64,000 bases of DNA, taken from Hormiphora californensis. Lineage: Eukaryota; Animalia; Ctenophora. The stretch lies in assembly GCA_020137815.1 (NCBI GenBank), contig CM035350.1:1-64000 (forward strand). The letters run 5' to 3'. The notes below the pieces were generated by a model that worked only from the letters and a program-made list of their open reading frames with translations, did not search any database and was not told the DNA's origin. Below are positions 15,430 through 64,000 of the stretch, piece by piece; the stretch's first letter is position 1, and each line of letters opens with the position of its first letter. The translations under genes and the position numbers were made by a program.

Positions 15430-15924
15430 ATGAGAATTGATGATGGTAGAGGGGATGGAAGGCAGGGGTTAGGACCACCTGCTACCAAGAGTGTAAAGAA
15501 GGTGTTCCGGTGTTCACTGTGTGTTTTCTTCTCGTTTCAAAGGGAGAGAACGGAGCAGCACATCAAGATCCATAATGAGCCACAGAACACTAAACTGTAC
15601 TACTGCAGCACGTGCAAGTACTCAACACTGATTAAACCCTACTTTGATAGGCACAAGAAGTTACATGCTAACACTATTGTTAGACCCTTCAAGTGTAGCT
15701 ACTGTCCCTACCAAGGCAGGTTCAGATCCCACACTAGGGCCCATGAGATGAGACATCACACTGGGGAGAAACCCTTTGTGTGTAGTCTGTGTGATAGAGG
15801 ATTTGTAGAACAGCACATCCTAGCAAGACACATGAGGACCGCTCACACTGATGAACGGCCTTATATTTGTGATGTTTGTTCCCGGTCTATCAAATCTGTC
15901 AAAGAAAGAGAGCTGTCTTTTTAA
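15430..15924 (+). pseudogene. Truncated duplicate of the C2H2 exon (4 fingers)
   Basis: Near-identical to 16381-16798, then breaks off after CDVCSRS into unrelated sequence. Confidence 0.65.
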
Positions 15925-16123
15925 CTAGAGTTATTTATTTGTGGGGTGGTGTTTGTACACATGTTTGTAAAGAATGGTGACCCTCAAAATACAAACAAAA
16001 ACACTGAAGTTTTACTAATTAACTCCACAACTCTCTACAAGTCCTCTGTTACCATTCTTCTATTTCTCTTTCCATACTCGACTTTTTCCACTAACCCCAA
16101 CTCGCTATATCTAGCTCCCACAT

Positions 16124-16978
16124 ATGACAGAAGCATCAGATCCCCCTCCACCCCCCTCTAGTCTCTACACCTCCCCACCACTAACCCACACTCCCTATTG
16201 TAGCTCACATATGACAGAAGCATCAGATCCACCTCCCTCCGCTCCCCTCTACACCTCCCCTCCCGGGGGAGAGCACCAGGGAGAGGAGGAGTCTGAATAC
16301 GGATCTGAGGAGGAGACACCACCCACATTCAACGGGAACGGTAAACCCAAGACCCCTTTAAAAGAGGAGGATAAGAAATCAGGACCACCTGCTACCAAGA
16401 GTGTAAAGAAGGTGTTCCGGTGTTCACTGTGTGATTTCTTCTCGTTTCAAAGGGAGAGAACGGAGCAGCACATCAAGATCCATAATGAGCCACAGAACAC
16501 TAAACTGTACTACTGCAGCACGTGCAAGTACTCAACACTGATTAAACCCTACTTTGATAGGCACAAGAAGTTACATGCTAACACTATTGTTAGACCCTTC
16601 AAGTGTAGCTACTGTCCCTACCAAGGCAGGTTCAGATCCCACACTAGGGCCCATGAGATGAGACATCACACTGGGGAGAAACCCTTTGTGTGTAGTCTGT
16701 GTGATAGAGGATTTGTAGAACAGCACATCCTAGCAAGACACATGAGGACCGCTCACACTGATGAACGGCCTTATATTTGTGATGTTTGTTCCCGGTCCTA
16801 CAAGCAACTTAACGCACTCCGAGTACATCAGAGGAAGCATTTTGATGATGCGTATGTGTGTGAATTCTGCCAGAAGAGGTTCTCAACTGTCCACCAGCTA
16901 CAGAGACATCATGAGTCCCATCAGGATAAAAACATGGCGTGCCCACTACATGGGTGTAGCTTCAGAACAATCAATCAG
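16124..16978 (+). CDS. C2H2 zinc-finger protein exon (6 complete fingers plus the start of a 7th)
   Basis: CxxC...HxxxH arrays with a TGEKPF linker, ending at a strong donor CAG|GTAAGT. The 5' boundary and downstream exons are uncertain. Confidence 0.8.
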
Positions 16979-19129
16979 GTAAGTGAAGAACAGGGCTGAG
17001 TAGTAGAAACACAGAGTGTTGCTTCGTAATCAGAGCTGAGTAGTACAAATATGTAGGAATATGAATCTTTAAAGGGCCTAAAAACCCAAATTTTATTTAA
17101 TTATTTTGAACACTACATCGTAACAAGCATGCTATTGGAGTCCCAAAAAACATAGGTACACGCCCCACACGCCCAATGTGAGCCCCTCAAGTTGGGGGCC
17201 AGTTGGGGTCCCCTTGTAAACGCGCTTGTACTCCTTGAAATGCTAACAATATGATCCTCTCTGAAATTTGAAGTTTTGGGTAAAATTTAGCATTGTGTTT
17301 CAGGTGAGTACATAATCTTTCTTGTCTCTGTATTCTGGTAATTTTTCTCCTAGTTTTGATAGGCTTAAATAATAATTGATGAGAAAGATTATGAAATCTA
17401 CTAAAACACAAGGATCATTTCTATCCTAAATTTTATATTTGAGAGAGCATCATATTGTTAGCATTTCAAGGAGTACAACCGCGTTTACAAGGGGACCCCA
17501 AATGGGCCCCAACTTGAGTGGCTCCCCCTGGGCTCACCTGGGGCCCGTGTGGCGTGTACCTATGTTTTTTGGGACTCCAATAGCATGCTTGTTACAATGG
17601 AGTGTTCAAAATAAATAAATAAAATTTGGGTTTGTATGGAGTCTGCACTTTACGCTGAAACTTGACTGTCTTCAGCTTCTAAAATCTACATTATAATCTG
17701 CTGTAAGCTGTTTACCAGCACACAGCAGCAGTTGGATGCGTCAACTGAGACCCCTTTTTTCAGGGACGGATGGACCGTTGTCTACCGGAGGTTGTTTATA
17801 ACACCGTGGATTCTAATCAACGCTATACACGGAAATTTTCTTCAAACAACGGGCAGCCACAACGTACTTCGGTCTTCGATGCCAGTCGCCAGACGCCAGA
17901 TAAGTTTATTTTTATCGATCGGCCTCCATAAGTCATGATTATGATTTATGAATAGTGGCTGAACCTCAAATTACAACTCCACCTGCCAAGTACCAAATCA
18001 AAGTTCAAACACTTAATATTCACTGAATATTGAATCTTGAAAATATAAAATTCACTGATCAAGTCCAACAACACGTCCCATTGGTCTGTAAAATATCAAA
18101 TACACCGAACTCAGTGTTCACCCACTTCTCATTTAGTTTCAATCAATATGGTAAACCAGGTTCAGACACGTTGGATTTGCCAATGTGGCTACAAAGGGAA
18201 GGCCGGCATTGGGGTTCTATCCAATCGAAAAGTTGATCACAACAAGATAATGAAGCATAAGTGAGTTATGTGCAGTCAGCAGTGTATCCTGGTATCAAAA
18301 AATCCAAATATTGTTTGTCATTTGATACCAGATTACTAACTATCATCATCTTCCATGTGTACATAATACATTTACTGCTTAATTTTATTTTTACAACAAA
18401 ACACTAATCGCTCTTTCTCTCTCCCTGGGAACAACCCGGCTGTGTGGAGCATTTACGTGCCTCCCCTGGAGGGACAATGTTCCCTCGGTCTACCTCTCCA
18501 GCCCCGTGACACAGCTCCCCCAAGATCTAGAGAAACTACCAACGTGAACGAGATGGATACTAGTGACACTGGCGAGAACAGTGATGGATCATTACCGGTA
18601 CCCTCTACCAGTTCCTCTTGGTTCGATACGGTATGGCTAACTAATTTGTGCAACATTTTGAAATCTTAATTACGATGATAATTCACCAAGATTAAGTAAC
18701 TTATTTCTGATACATGTCTCTCTTGTTCTTCAGGCTCGCATCATGTCAGCCGTTAAGGAAAACAGGGACCTCATCAAAAAAGTAGCACAGGAAGTGGCTC
18801 GGGATAGTATCCACCCAACCACTCACTACCATCATCAATTCTCCTCTTCTTCTTCATCTGACGAAGCCACTGTGACATTCCAATGCAGTTGGATTTTCAT
18901 CTTCTTTTTGTTGTGATGAACTTCCCTCATAAGTGCTTGTACAACAGGAACATCCGCCAGATCCCCTCCTCCTCCTCCCCCACCAGCCGGAACTAACTGT
19001 TGATTTGTTGTTGCTTCACCGCTCTTCCTCGGTGTGGAACAATCGAATCCTGATTGCTGTAAGTCTTGGTGGATTTTGGAAATCTGCTCACGTTTTGGAG
19101 AGGATTCAGGCGTGGCAAAAGGGTCCTTA

Positions 19130-20500
19130 TTTTATGCTGGTCAAAATTGTACACTCCAGTGTCATTCTCAACATCCGCAAACAACTCAGCAACCCCTCCA
19201 CAAGCCTCTTGGACTCATCACCTGCTTTCAACAAACCTCGATAACACCCCTCTGAAGTGTCATTCTCAACATCCGCAAACAACTCAGCAACCCCTCCACA
19301 AGCCTCTTGGACTCATATCCTGCTTTCAACAAACCTCGATACCACCCCTCTGAAGTGTCATTCTCAACATCCGCAAACAACTCAGCAACCCCTTCGCAAG
19401 CCTCTTGGACTCATATCCTGCTTTCAACAAACCTCGCTACCACCCTCTGAAGTGAGTCTATCTCGACAACAACCGGGGGGGGGGCCGGCTGAAGTTTTTG
19501 AAGTTTGAAGTTTTCCACCCTACTTTTTGAGTTTTTGAAGTTTTTGAAGTTGACTTCAAAAACTTCAAAAACTTCAAAAACTCTAAACTACTTTTATATG
19601 CTATCAATACCTTTTATTACACTTGTTTAGGTTAGTTTCATGCTTAATGCATATTGTGGCAAAGTTATCTGTCCTTGTTTGCCCTTTTTCTACCACAAAT
19701 TGGGATATTTACAATGATTCCTAGCCATGAAATCCATGGCACAATTTGGTGTAAAAAATTTAAATTTTTTGTAAAAACAGATTTCATTTTCATTCTATAA
19801 ATCAAAAAATTGCCTAGAAAATGCTAAGAAAGTGTTTAGAAATTATGAAGTAAATTTTCAAAATTTTTTTTGGGGCCACACCCTTTTTGCCAGTTTCAGA
19901 AATTGCAAATTTTTTATGAAGGGAGTAGTGAAAAAAATATGGACACCAAAATCATCAGCGGCCTCGAGTTAGTGGGGGTACGTGCCAAAATGAAGTCTCC
20001 ACCTCATCTAATTCGAGGGATAATGGGATATTTTCATAATTTTGTGTGTGCGCATGACAGTTTTTTGGCTTTAACGGGTTTTAATGGTTTCTGAGTGTCT
20101 ATAGGATTTTTAAAGGGCTGTATCTTGTTCGGAATATGCAAGTTTATATAAGAGTTATGAAGCAACATAGGGCCTATCTCCAACGGTTTAGGAGATATGA
20201 GTTTTTGAAGTTTTTGAAGTTTTTGAAGTTTTCCACCCTAAGTTTCTCTTTGAAGTTTTTGAAGTCGACTTCAAAAACTTCAAAAACTTCAGCCGGCCCC
20301 CCCCCCCAACAACCGATATGCATGTTACTAGGGTTACTCTCACTGTCGCCCTTGCTGAATTCACACGTCCCAATCTGCTATCCGAGAGACCGACCACGCG
20401 ATATCATTACTAACAACACTAATCTTCTTCTCTGACTTTTGTGTAACACGCGGTGTCCCTCCTCCTGGGCATTTTTTGCAAAAGGATATAGAAATCAAGG
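19130..20500 (+). pseudogene. Degenerate LINE ORF2 C-terminal remnant with an internal 99-bp triplication (about 19157-19455)
   Basis: KIVHSSVI...LPPSEVSLSRQQ...SPLLNSH resembles the PPEE..LPR..R...SG.S..LNSY region of some LINE ORF2s. Split by 19475-20306. Confidence 0.35.
19475..20306. mobile_element. G-run-terminated TIR element with TGAAGTTTT subterminal repeats
   Basis: GGGGGGGGGGCCGGCTGAAG...CTTCAGCCGGCCCCCCC, with TSD (C)AACAACC of 7-8 bp. Confidence 0.8.
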
Positions 20501-21197
20501 TTATCTGTACATAAAATGAATATAATAAATTAATTCGAATTGCTTTTAATCATGTATAAAATGTTAATATCATTCCTGTCGCTGAACGTTTTGGGCTAGT
20601 GCCACGGTGACCCCTTAGACTGATCACAAGTGTCCTCAAGAGGCAGAATGTTAATCGTTGCCTAATGCGATCCTGGGCATTCCACGCTATTTGTGGTTTT
20701 TCAGCACTGCCTCTGTGCGCGTTCACTTGAATTTCAGCTCTGTGTTGAACAATTCAATTCAACCCTGTTCCCAAATCATATCACCCTGGTCCCCATATCA
20801 TATATAACTAAGACAACTCCCCTCCCAAATAACTAACCACCCTCTCTCTATATCTAGCCAGGATGTCTGCCCTGTAGGTGCCATTGGACGGACCGCTGCC
20901 CGATTTGGTGTGGCAAGGGAACCTGGTAATCTACCCATCGACGTCCGCTTTCAGTTCCACTTTTCCTAGTGACGTCAATCCTCTGCGCCCATATGTTTTA
21001 ATTTTTCCGGAGCCCAAGCGAGTGGTTTAGGCAGGTAGCTTCTCGCTCGCTCCCCTTTCTTTCTCTAAACCTGTCGTTCCCTTCTTGGGCTCCTCTCTAG
21101 CTCTAGACTTCTTTATGTTTATATTGTGTCAACCGATTTCAGTGGTATTTGGGGCCTATATCGTTATGACCATCTAGTGGCTGTGGGTAGTACAAGT

Positions 21198-21926
21198 GGC
21201 AGGTGCATAGTTGCTCGACAGTCTATTTCTGCTGCAAGCACACAGTTTATCGGTGATTTGACGCAATGGGTGTGATAATATAGATAACCCCGGCTAGTGC
21301 AGGGATGAAATTTGATAACCCCCGACGCAGGAGGGGGTTATCACTAGTTCTCCACGAGGGAGCGAAGCGACCGAGGGGAAGAACGTGTGATAATCCCCGT
21401 AGGGGATTATCAAATTTCATCACTTTACTAGCCGTGGTTATTTGTTATAAACCGACCCCCGGAATTATGAAAGGTGTGAATGGGTACTGACAACAGCGGG
21501 AGGGAATTATTTGATATACCATAGTAGACTGCGGGAAATATCAGCAGGGGGGGGGGTTATAACACATATTCGATGTCTTGAATTTCAAGTTTGGAGCTAG
21601 GGGACCGGTAAAGCAAAAGAGGTGCCTCTCGTATCCCATACCCAATTAGTTGCAGATACCGAATCACTTCACCGATTCGTTTCCCGTATCCCATACCAAA
21701 TTAGTTGCAGATACCGAATCACTTCACCGATTCGTCTCTCGTATCCCATACAGAGATAGAGAGATCACGTGAGAGAAACCCTATTTCTGGCTGCTAGACC
21801 GTATTTCTGGCTGCTAAAATCTATTTCTGGCTGCTTGCAGCCAGAAATAGGTCTAGCAGCCAGAAATAGGTTTAGCAGCCAGAAATAGCAGCCAGAAATA
21901 GACTGTCGAGCAGCTGTGCACCTGCC
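21198..21926. mobile_element. TIR element with 8-bp TSD (Merlin- or hAT-like)
   Basis: TIR GGCAGGTGCA.AG.TGCTCGACAGTCTATTTCT; TSD GTACAAGT on both sides; subterminal TATTTCTGGCTGCT repeats. Confidence 0.8.
21280..21445. mobile_element. Palindrome with GCGAAGC central hairpin, Crypton-like non-autonomous element
   Basis: Inverted arms ATAACC..GGCTAGT...GATGAAATTTGATAA around gagggagcgaagcgaccgag. A similar gccgaaggc hairpin occurs at 24012-24030. The family assignment is inference. Confidence 0.45.
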
Positions 21927-22980
21927 GTACAAGTTAAGCTTTGGGTACAGTGGGTTGTAATAACTATGCCCCCTTTCCGCTTTCAGTTCCACTTTCCTAG
22001 TGACATCAATCCCCTGTGCCCACTTGTATTTGTTTACGGAGCCCAAGAAAGCGGTTTAGGCAGGTAGCTACTCGCTCTTCTCGCTTCCCTTTCTTTCTCT
22101 AAACCTGCCGTTCCCTTCCTGGGATCCACCCTAGTGTTAGACTTCTTTATGTTTAGTTGTTATCTGTTTTGATATAGTGCTTTAGCGACCATTGTTGGTA
22201 TAACTATAGTGGCTGTGAGTAGTTTAAGGTAGGATTTGGGCACAGTGGGTTGTATTATCTATCTCCATTCTCCCTGTTCACTTTTAGCACACTTTCTCAT
22301 AGTAACGTCAACCCCCTGTGCCCCTGTTTACTTTACGGGGCACAAGAGAGTGGTTTAGGCAGGTCGCCGCTCTCCGCTCCCTTGGGAACGCGTGCAGAAC
22401 TCGGATCTTTTCTCTCCTAAGCCTGCTGTTCCCCTCTTGTGCCCCTCCCTAGATGTAGAGTTTTCATTTTGTGTGTCCCTATGTTTATTAAACATTTTGT
22501 TGAACAGTTTATGTACTCATAATGGCGGGGTATTCAATCGAGTTCATTACCATTTTGCTACCCTTATATCTCCCCGCCCTTCTGGGTTCCCGTTGTTATC
22601 TTTATTCAGGTACCCCCTTTTTCCTTAGGTGTGGCAATGCATCCGGAATTAGGGGATCTTACCTGTCCGAGGCGGGCTCACGCCCGCCGTCGGATAGTGC
22701 GTGTATTCGATTGAGAGAGAGAGAAGAGAACCAGAGAGATAGAGATAGAGAGAGGATAGCGAGACTGCTCAGAATAGAGAGAAGAGAGCGAGAGCTCGCG
22801 ATCGAGATCTGCGAGAGCGAGCAGAGAAATCATAGTGATCAGAGAGGGAAAGATAATGATGAAAAAGGGCAAAGGTGTCAGTTTGACAACAAAAGTGGTC
22901 ACCTTTCCAGCCAACTAATTTATGTTAGTTCTTGGCATAATGCAATAATTCTTGTTATGTTGGACATCTCAATTTAAGCA

Positions 22981-61304
<38,324 letters not shown>

Positions 61305-61394
61305 ATAACCACATCATACAAATGGACTGGATGTTTAATTTATTAGTTTTATTAATTGAAACACGTCTTTTTTAATTGTTCAAACCACTTGAAG

Positions 61395-61410
61395 AATAAA
61401 TTAATAAATA
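61395..61410 (+). promoter_or_regulatory. RAD50 polyadenylation signals
   Basis: Two AATAAA hexamers about 90-105 nt after the stop codon. Confidence 0.6.
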
Positions 61411-61435
61411 ACCACCTAAATACACTAGCTATGAA

Positions 61436-63923
61436 TCAAGAGTTCTGAATATCACAGACAAGATCCAGACCAGAAAATAGACTTCCTTCGTCGTGATAGG
61501 GGTTGAATGGTGGGGCAGGAGGAGTAGTCATTGCTCGAGGTGGCGATGGCAGGAATAGAGAGTGTGGGGACTCGAGAATTGAAGGTGATGACGATCGGCA
61601 AAGTGGGGACACAGGCGACAGGAATGAGCGATCTGACTCAGGCGAATCAGCCATAAAGGTATCCTGAATCACATGATGACTGTATATGTTTTCTGGGGTC
61701 TTTCTCACTTCTCTAATCTTCTGAGAATTCGTTCCAATACTATCTCCACTGACTGTTTTTCCTAGCACTTTTGCCATTAGCAATTCGTTTTCTCTCATTA
61801 GCTGAGAGGTAGTGTTGATACCCATGTTTTCAGGGCTGCATCAGGGGCCTCTGGAGCAAAGAGACGTCGTCGAGCCTGGAAAATCTGCTTTACCAATGGA
61901 TCACGTGAGTTTTTCTTTCGTTTTGACGAAGATTTGGGCGTCCGGGGTTTACGTTTAGAGGGAGGGGGTGTTTTTAAAGGCGATAATTCCACACTTTCCT
62001 TCTCATGAGACACCCCTGTGACAAATTTGTCTGTGTTGTCTGCCTGATCAGTAGCTGCAATCCTGATAAGCTCCTCTATAATTGTGTCTGCATTGAACGT
62101 CTCCTCCTCGTCCTCTCTGCGGGTTGGGGTGGACACAATGGTTTGTTGTCCCTCCATCACCTCCACCTCATCGGCTTCTTTGATTTTCCCTGGAGTTCTT
62201 CCCGGCGTTATTAGACCTCTTATAACCTGTGTTAGGAGGTCAGGGGGAGGAGTATCGACAGTTGTTGGGTAATCTGGTTCTACTGCTGGTGTAATGCTTG
62301 CCATGTTTCCATTCACTAGACGCATGAACATATCTGTAGGTATAATCACGTTATCTCCCTGAACCTCTATTAACTGTTGTCGGGGCTCAAAAACACACAC
62401 TTCTTCTTGTTGAATACCAGTGCTATCAGACAATGTCCTAGCAACTTCTTCCGCTCTAAGTCTGTCCTGTTGATATTATCTTGGAAAGGGCATCAATGAT
62501 ATCCGTGGATGCCTCAACTGGCATTTGGGTAGGGAGTGTATCATTGGTCACCTCAACTGGCATTTGGGTAGGGAGTGTATCATTGGTCACCTCAACTGGC
62601 ATTTGGGTAGGGAGGTATATCGAATTCACGCTCCTCAATGTGTTCTTTTGATAGAGACATTATCTTAGAAAGTGCATCAATGATATCCCTAGATGCCTCA
62701 ACTGGTGTTTGAGATAGAGGTACAGTATTGGGTTCCTCAACTGGTGTTTGAGATAGAGGTACAGTATTGGGTACCTCAACTGGTGTTTGAGATAGAGGTA
62801 CAGTATTGGGTACCTCAACTGGTGTTTGAGATAGAGGTACAGTATTGGGTACCTCAACTGGTGTTTGAGATAGAGGTACAGTATTGGGTACCTCAACTGG
62901 TGTTTGAGATAGAGGTACAGTATTGGGTACCTCAACTGGCTGCTCATCCAGTGAGCCTCCTTCCTCTATTTCCACATCAGACACGTTTGTGGTATTGACG
63001 TTACTATACTCCGTGTTATAACCAAGACCCGAATCAATTATTATGGAAGTTGTTACCATGGTAACATCAGGTTCCTCACAGCTATTCCTGTCGCTTGCTT
63101 GCTCAGTTCCTTTGATAGTTCCCACCTCTTTACACTCAGTGCTTAACTCCAAAGTTTCTTTCCCATAGCCAATGTCTTCCTGAGTTGTTGACGGATTTTC
63201 TAAACTCCCATACAATTCTAGGTCAGTCTCGTCCATGTTTTCCAAGACGAGTGGTTTCAGTGTTGCATTATTAGTGGTTTGTTTAGTTATCTCCTTTCCA
63301 GGTTTTTCAGGATGTTCAGAATCTAAACCTGTTGGAATGGAGGTGGGTTAGTTGGATGGAGGTGGGTTAGTTGGGATGGAGGTGGGTTAGTTGGGATGGA
63401 GGTGGGTTAGTTGGGATGGAGGTGGGTTAGTTGGGATGGAGGTGGGTTAGTTGGAATGGAGGTGGGTTAGTTGGGATGAGGTGGGTTAGTTGGGATGGAG
63501 GTGGGTTAGTTGGGATGGAGGTGCGTTAGTTGGATTCATGATTACACTGATATATGATATGTATAAGAAATACCTGGCGTTTTCTTTCTCTTAGATCCCA
63601 TCTTAACTCCAGGCTTAGATCGTTTTCTTACAACCACTGCAAAAAACTTCGGTTATCACAAACACTAATTTAGTGACTAAACATGTTCAGTCAAGCCACT
63701 TCCACAACCGTCAGCCAGAGGATATATTAAAAATATTGTTCCGACCCTGTAAATACTATATCCTATATTTTAACCTGAGTTATTTGCACCGTTGAGAGTC
63801 TCCAGACCATTCAGAATATTAGCTTCGCCAGCCACAGCCTGTCGACATGCTTCTTTACGTTTTATATGGGTTTTGAAGTTGTCTCTTCTTGTGAACGTCT
63901 GCTTACAGTTTTTACACCTAAAT
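61436..63923 (-). CDS. 3' part of a zinc-finger gene with a long acidic, repeat-rich C-terminus; 3 frameshifts in the last exon
   Basis: In-phase exons 63923-63775 (FRCKNCKQTFTRRDNFKTHIKRKEAC, C2HC-type finger), 63636-63574 and 63328-61436. The last exon changes frame near 62620, 62470 and 61825. The 5' part runs off the window. Confidence 0.6.
62695..62940 (-). repeat. Coding 39-bp tandem repeat (PVEVPNTVPLSQT x6)
   Basis: Direct tandem repeats inside ORF 62592-63245. Confidence 0.9.
63335..63535 (-). repeat. Intronic 20-bp minisatellite, about 10 copies
   Basis: Unit AACTAACCCACCTCCATCCC on the sense (-) strand. Confidence 0.9.
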
Positions 63924-64000
63924 CTGAAAAACAGTATTTCATGCGGCCCTGATTTACCGGGCTTCTCGGTAGACGGGTTTCGGGGTGCACAATATGACAG

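Larger units (their letters stand above)
11086..17765 (+). repeat. Tandem segmental duplication, period about 3.34 kb
   Basis: 11086-14424 matches 14422-17765. The junction ttttcaGGGAgtggaac joins two sequences through GGGA microhomology. Confidence 0.9.

Noticed and set aside
63747-63774. 28-nt GT-AG micro-intron in the minus-strand gene
   Set aside because: It leads to a stop codon within 7 codons, whereas the acceptor at 63637 keeps the frame open.

Overview
Repeat-rich eukaryotic DNA, most likely from an invertebrate animal (spliceosomal introns, TTAGGG-type repeats, animal TE families; no finer taxon is supportable). The main host gene is a complete 19-exon RAD50 on + (22981-61304, about 1323 aa, with all ATPase motifs and a CPTC zinc hook). 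Its large introns are filled with nested foldback/MITE elements, SINEs, LINE and Penelope remnants and minisatellites. Upstream is a tandemly duplicated, partly garbled C2H2 zinc-finger locus (about 11-18.9 kb). Downstream is a convergent minus-strand zinc-finger/low-complexity gene. The most interesting region is 4.1-10.7 kb, where a (GA)n microsatellite in the loop of an element's terminal hairpin has accumulated several retroelements: (i) the 3' end of an R4/Dong-like restriction-endonuclease LINE; (ii) a non-autonomous partner built from an HDV-like ribozyme, a minisatellite and the same 3' UTR (second copy at 57.7-59.6 kb, also next to (GA)n); (iii) two divergent, intact ORF1-only elements with no reverse transcriptase. 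Two other candidates are a tandem array of about 295-bp covarying structured units upstream of RAD50, and an intronic minisatellite whose unit reads as a GT...CTAAC...polyY...AG micro-intron. All analysis was done by eye; no searches or folding programs were run.
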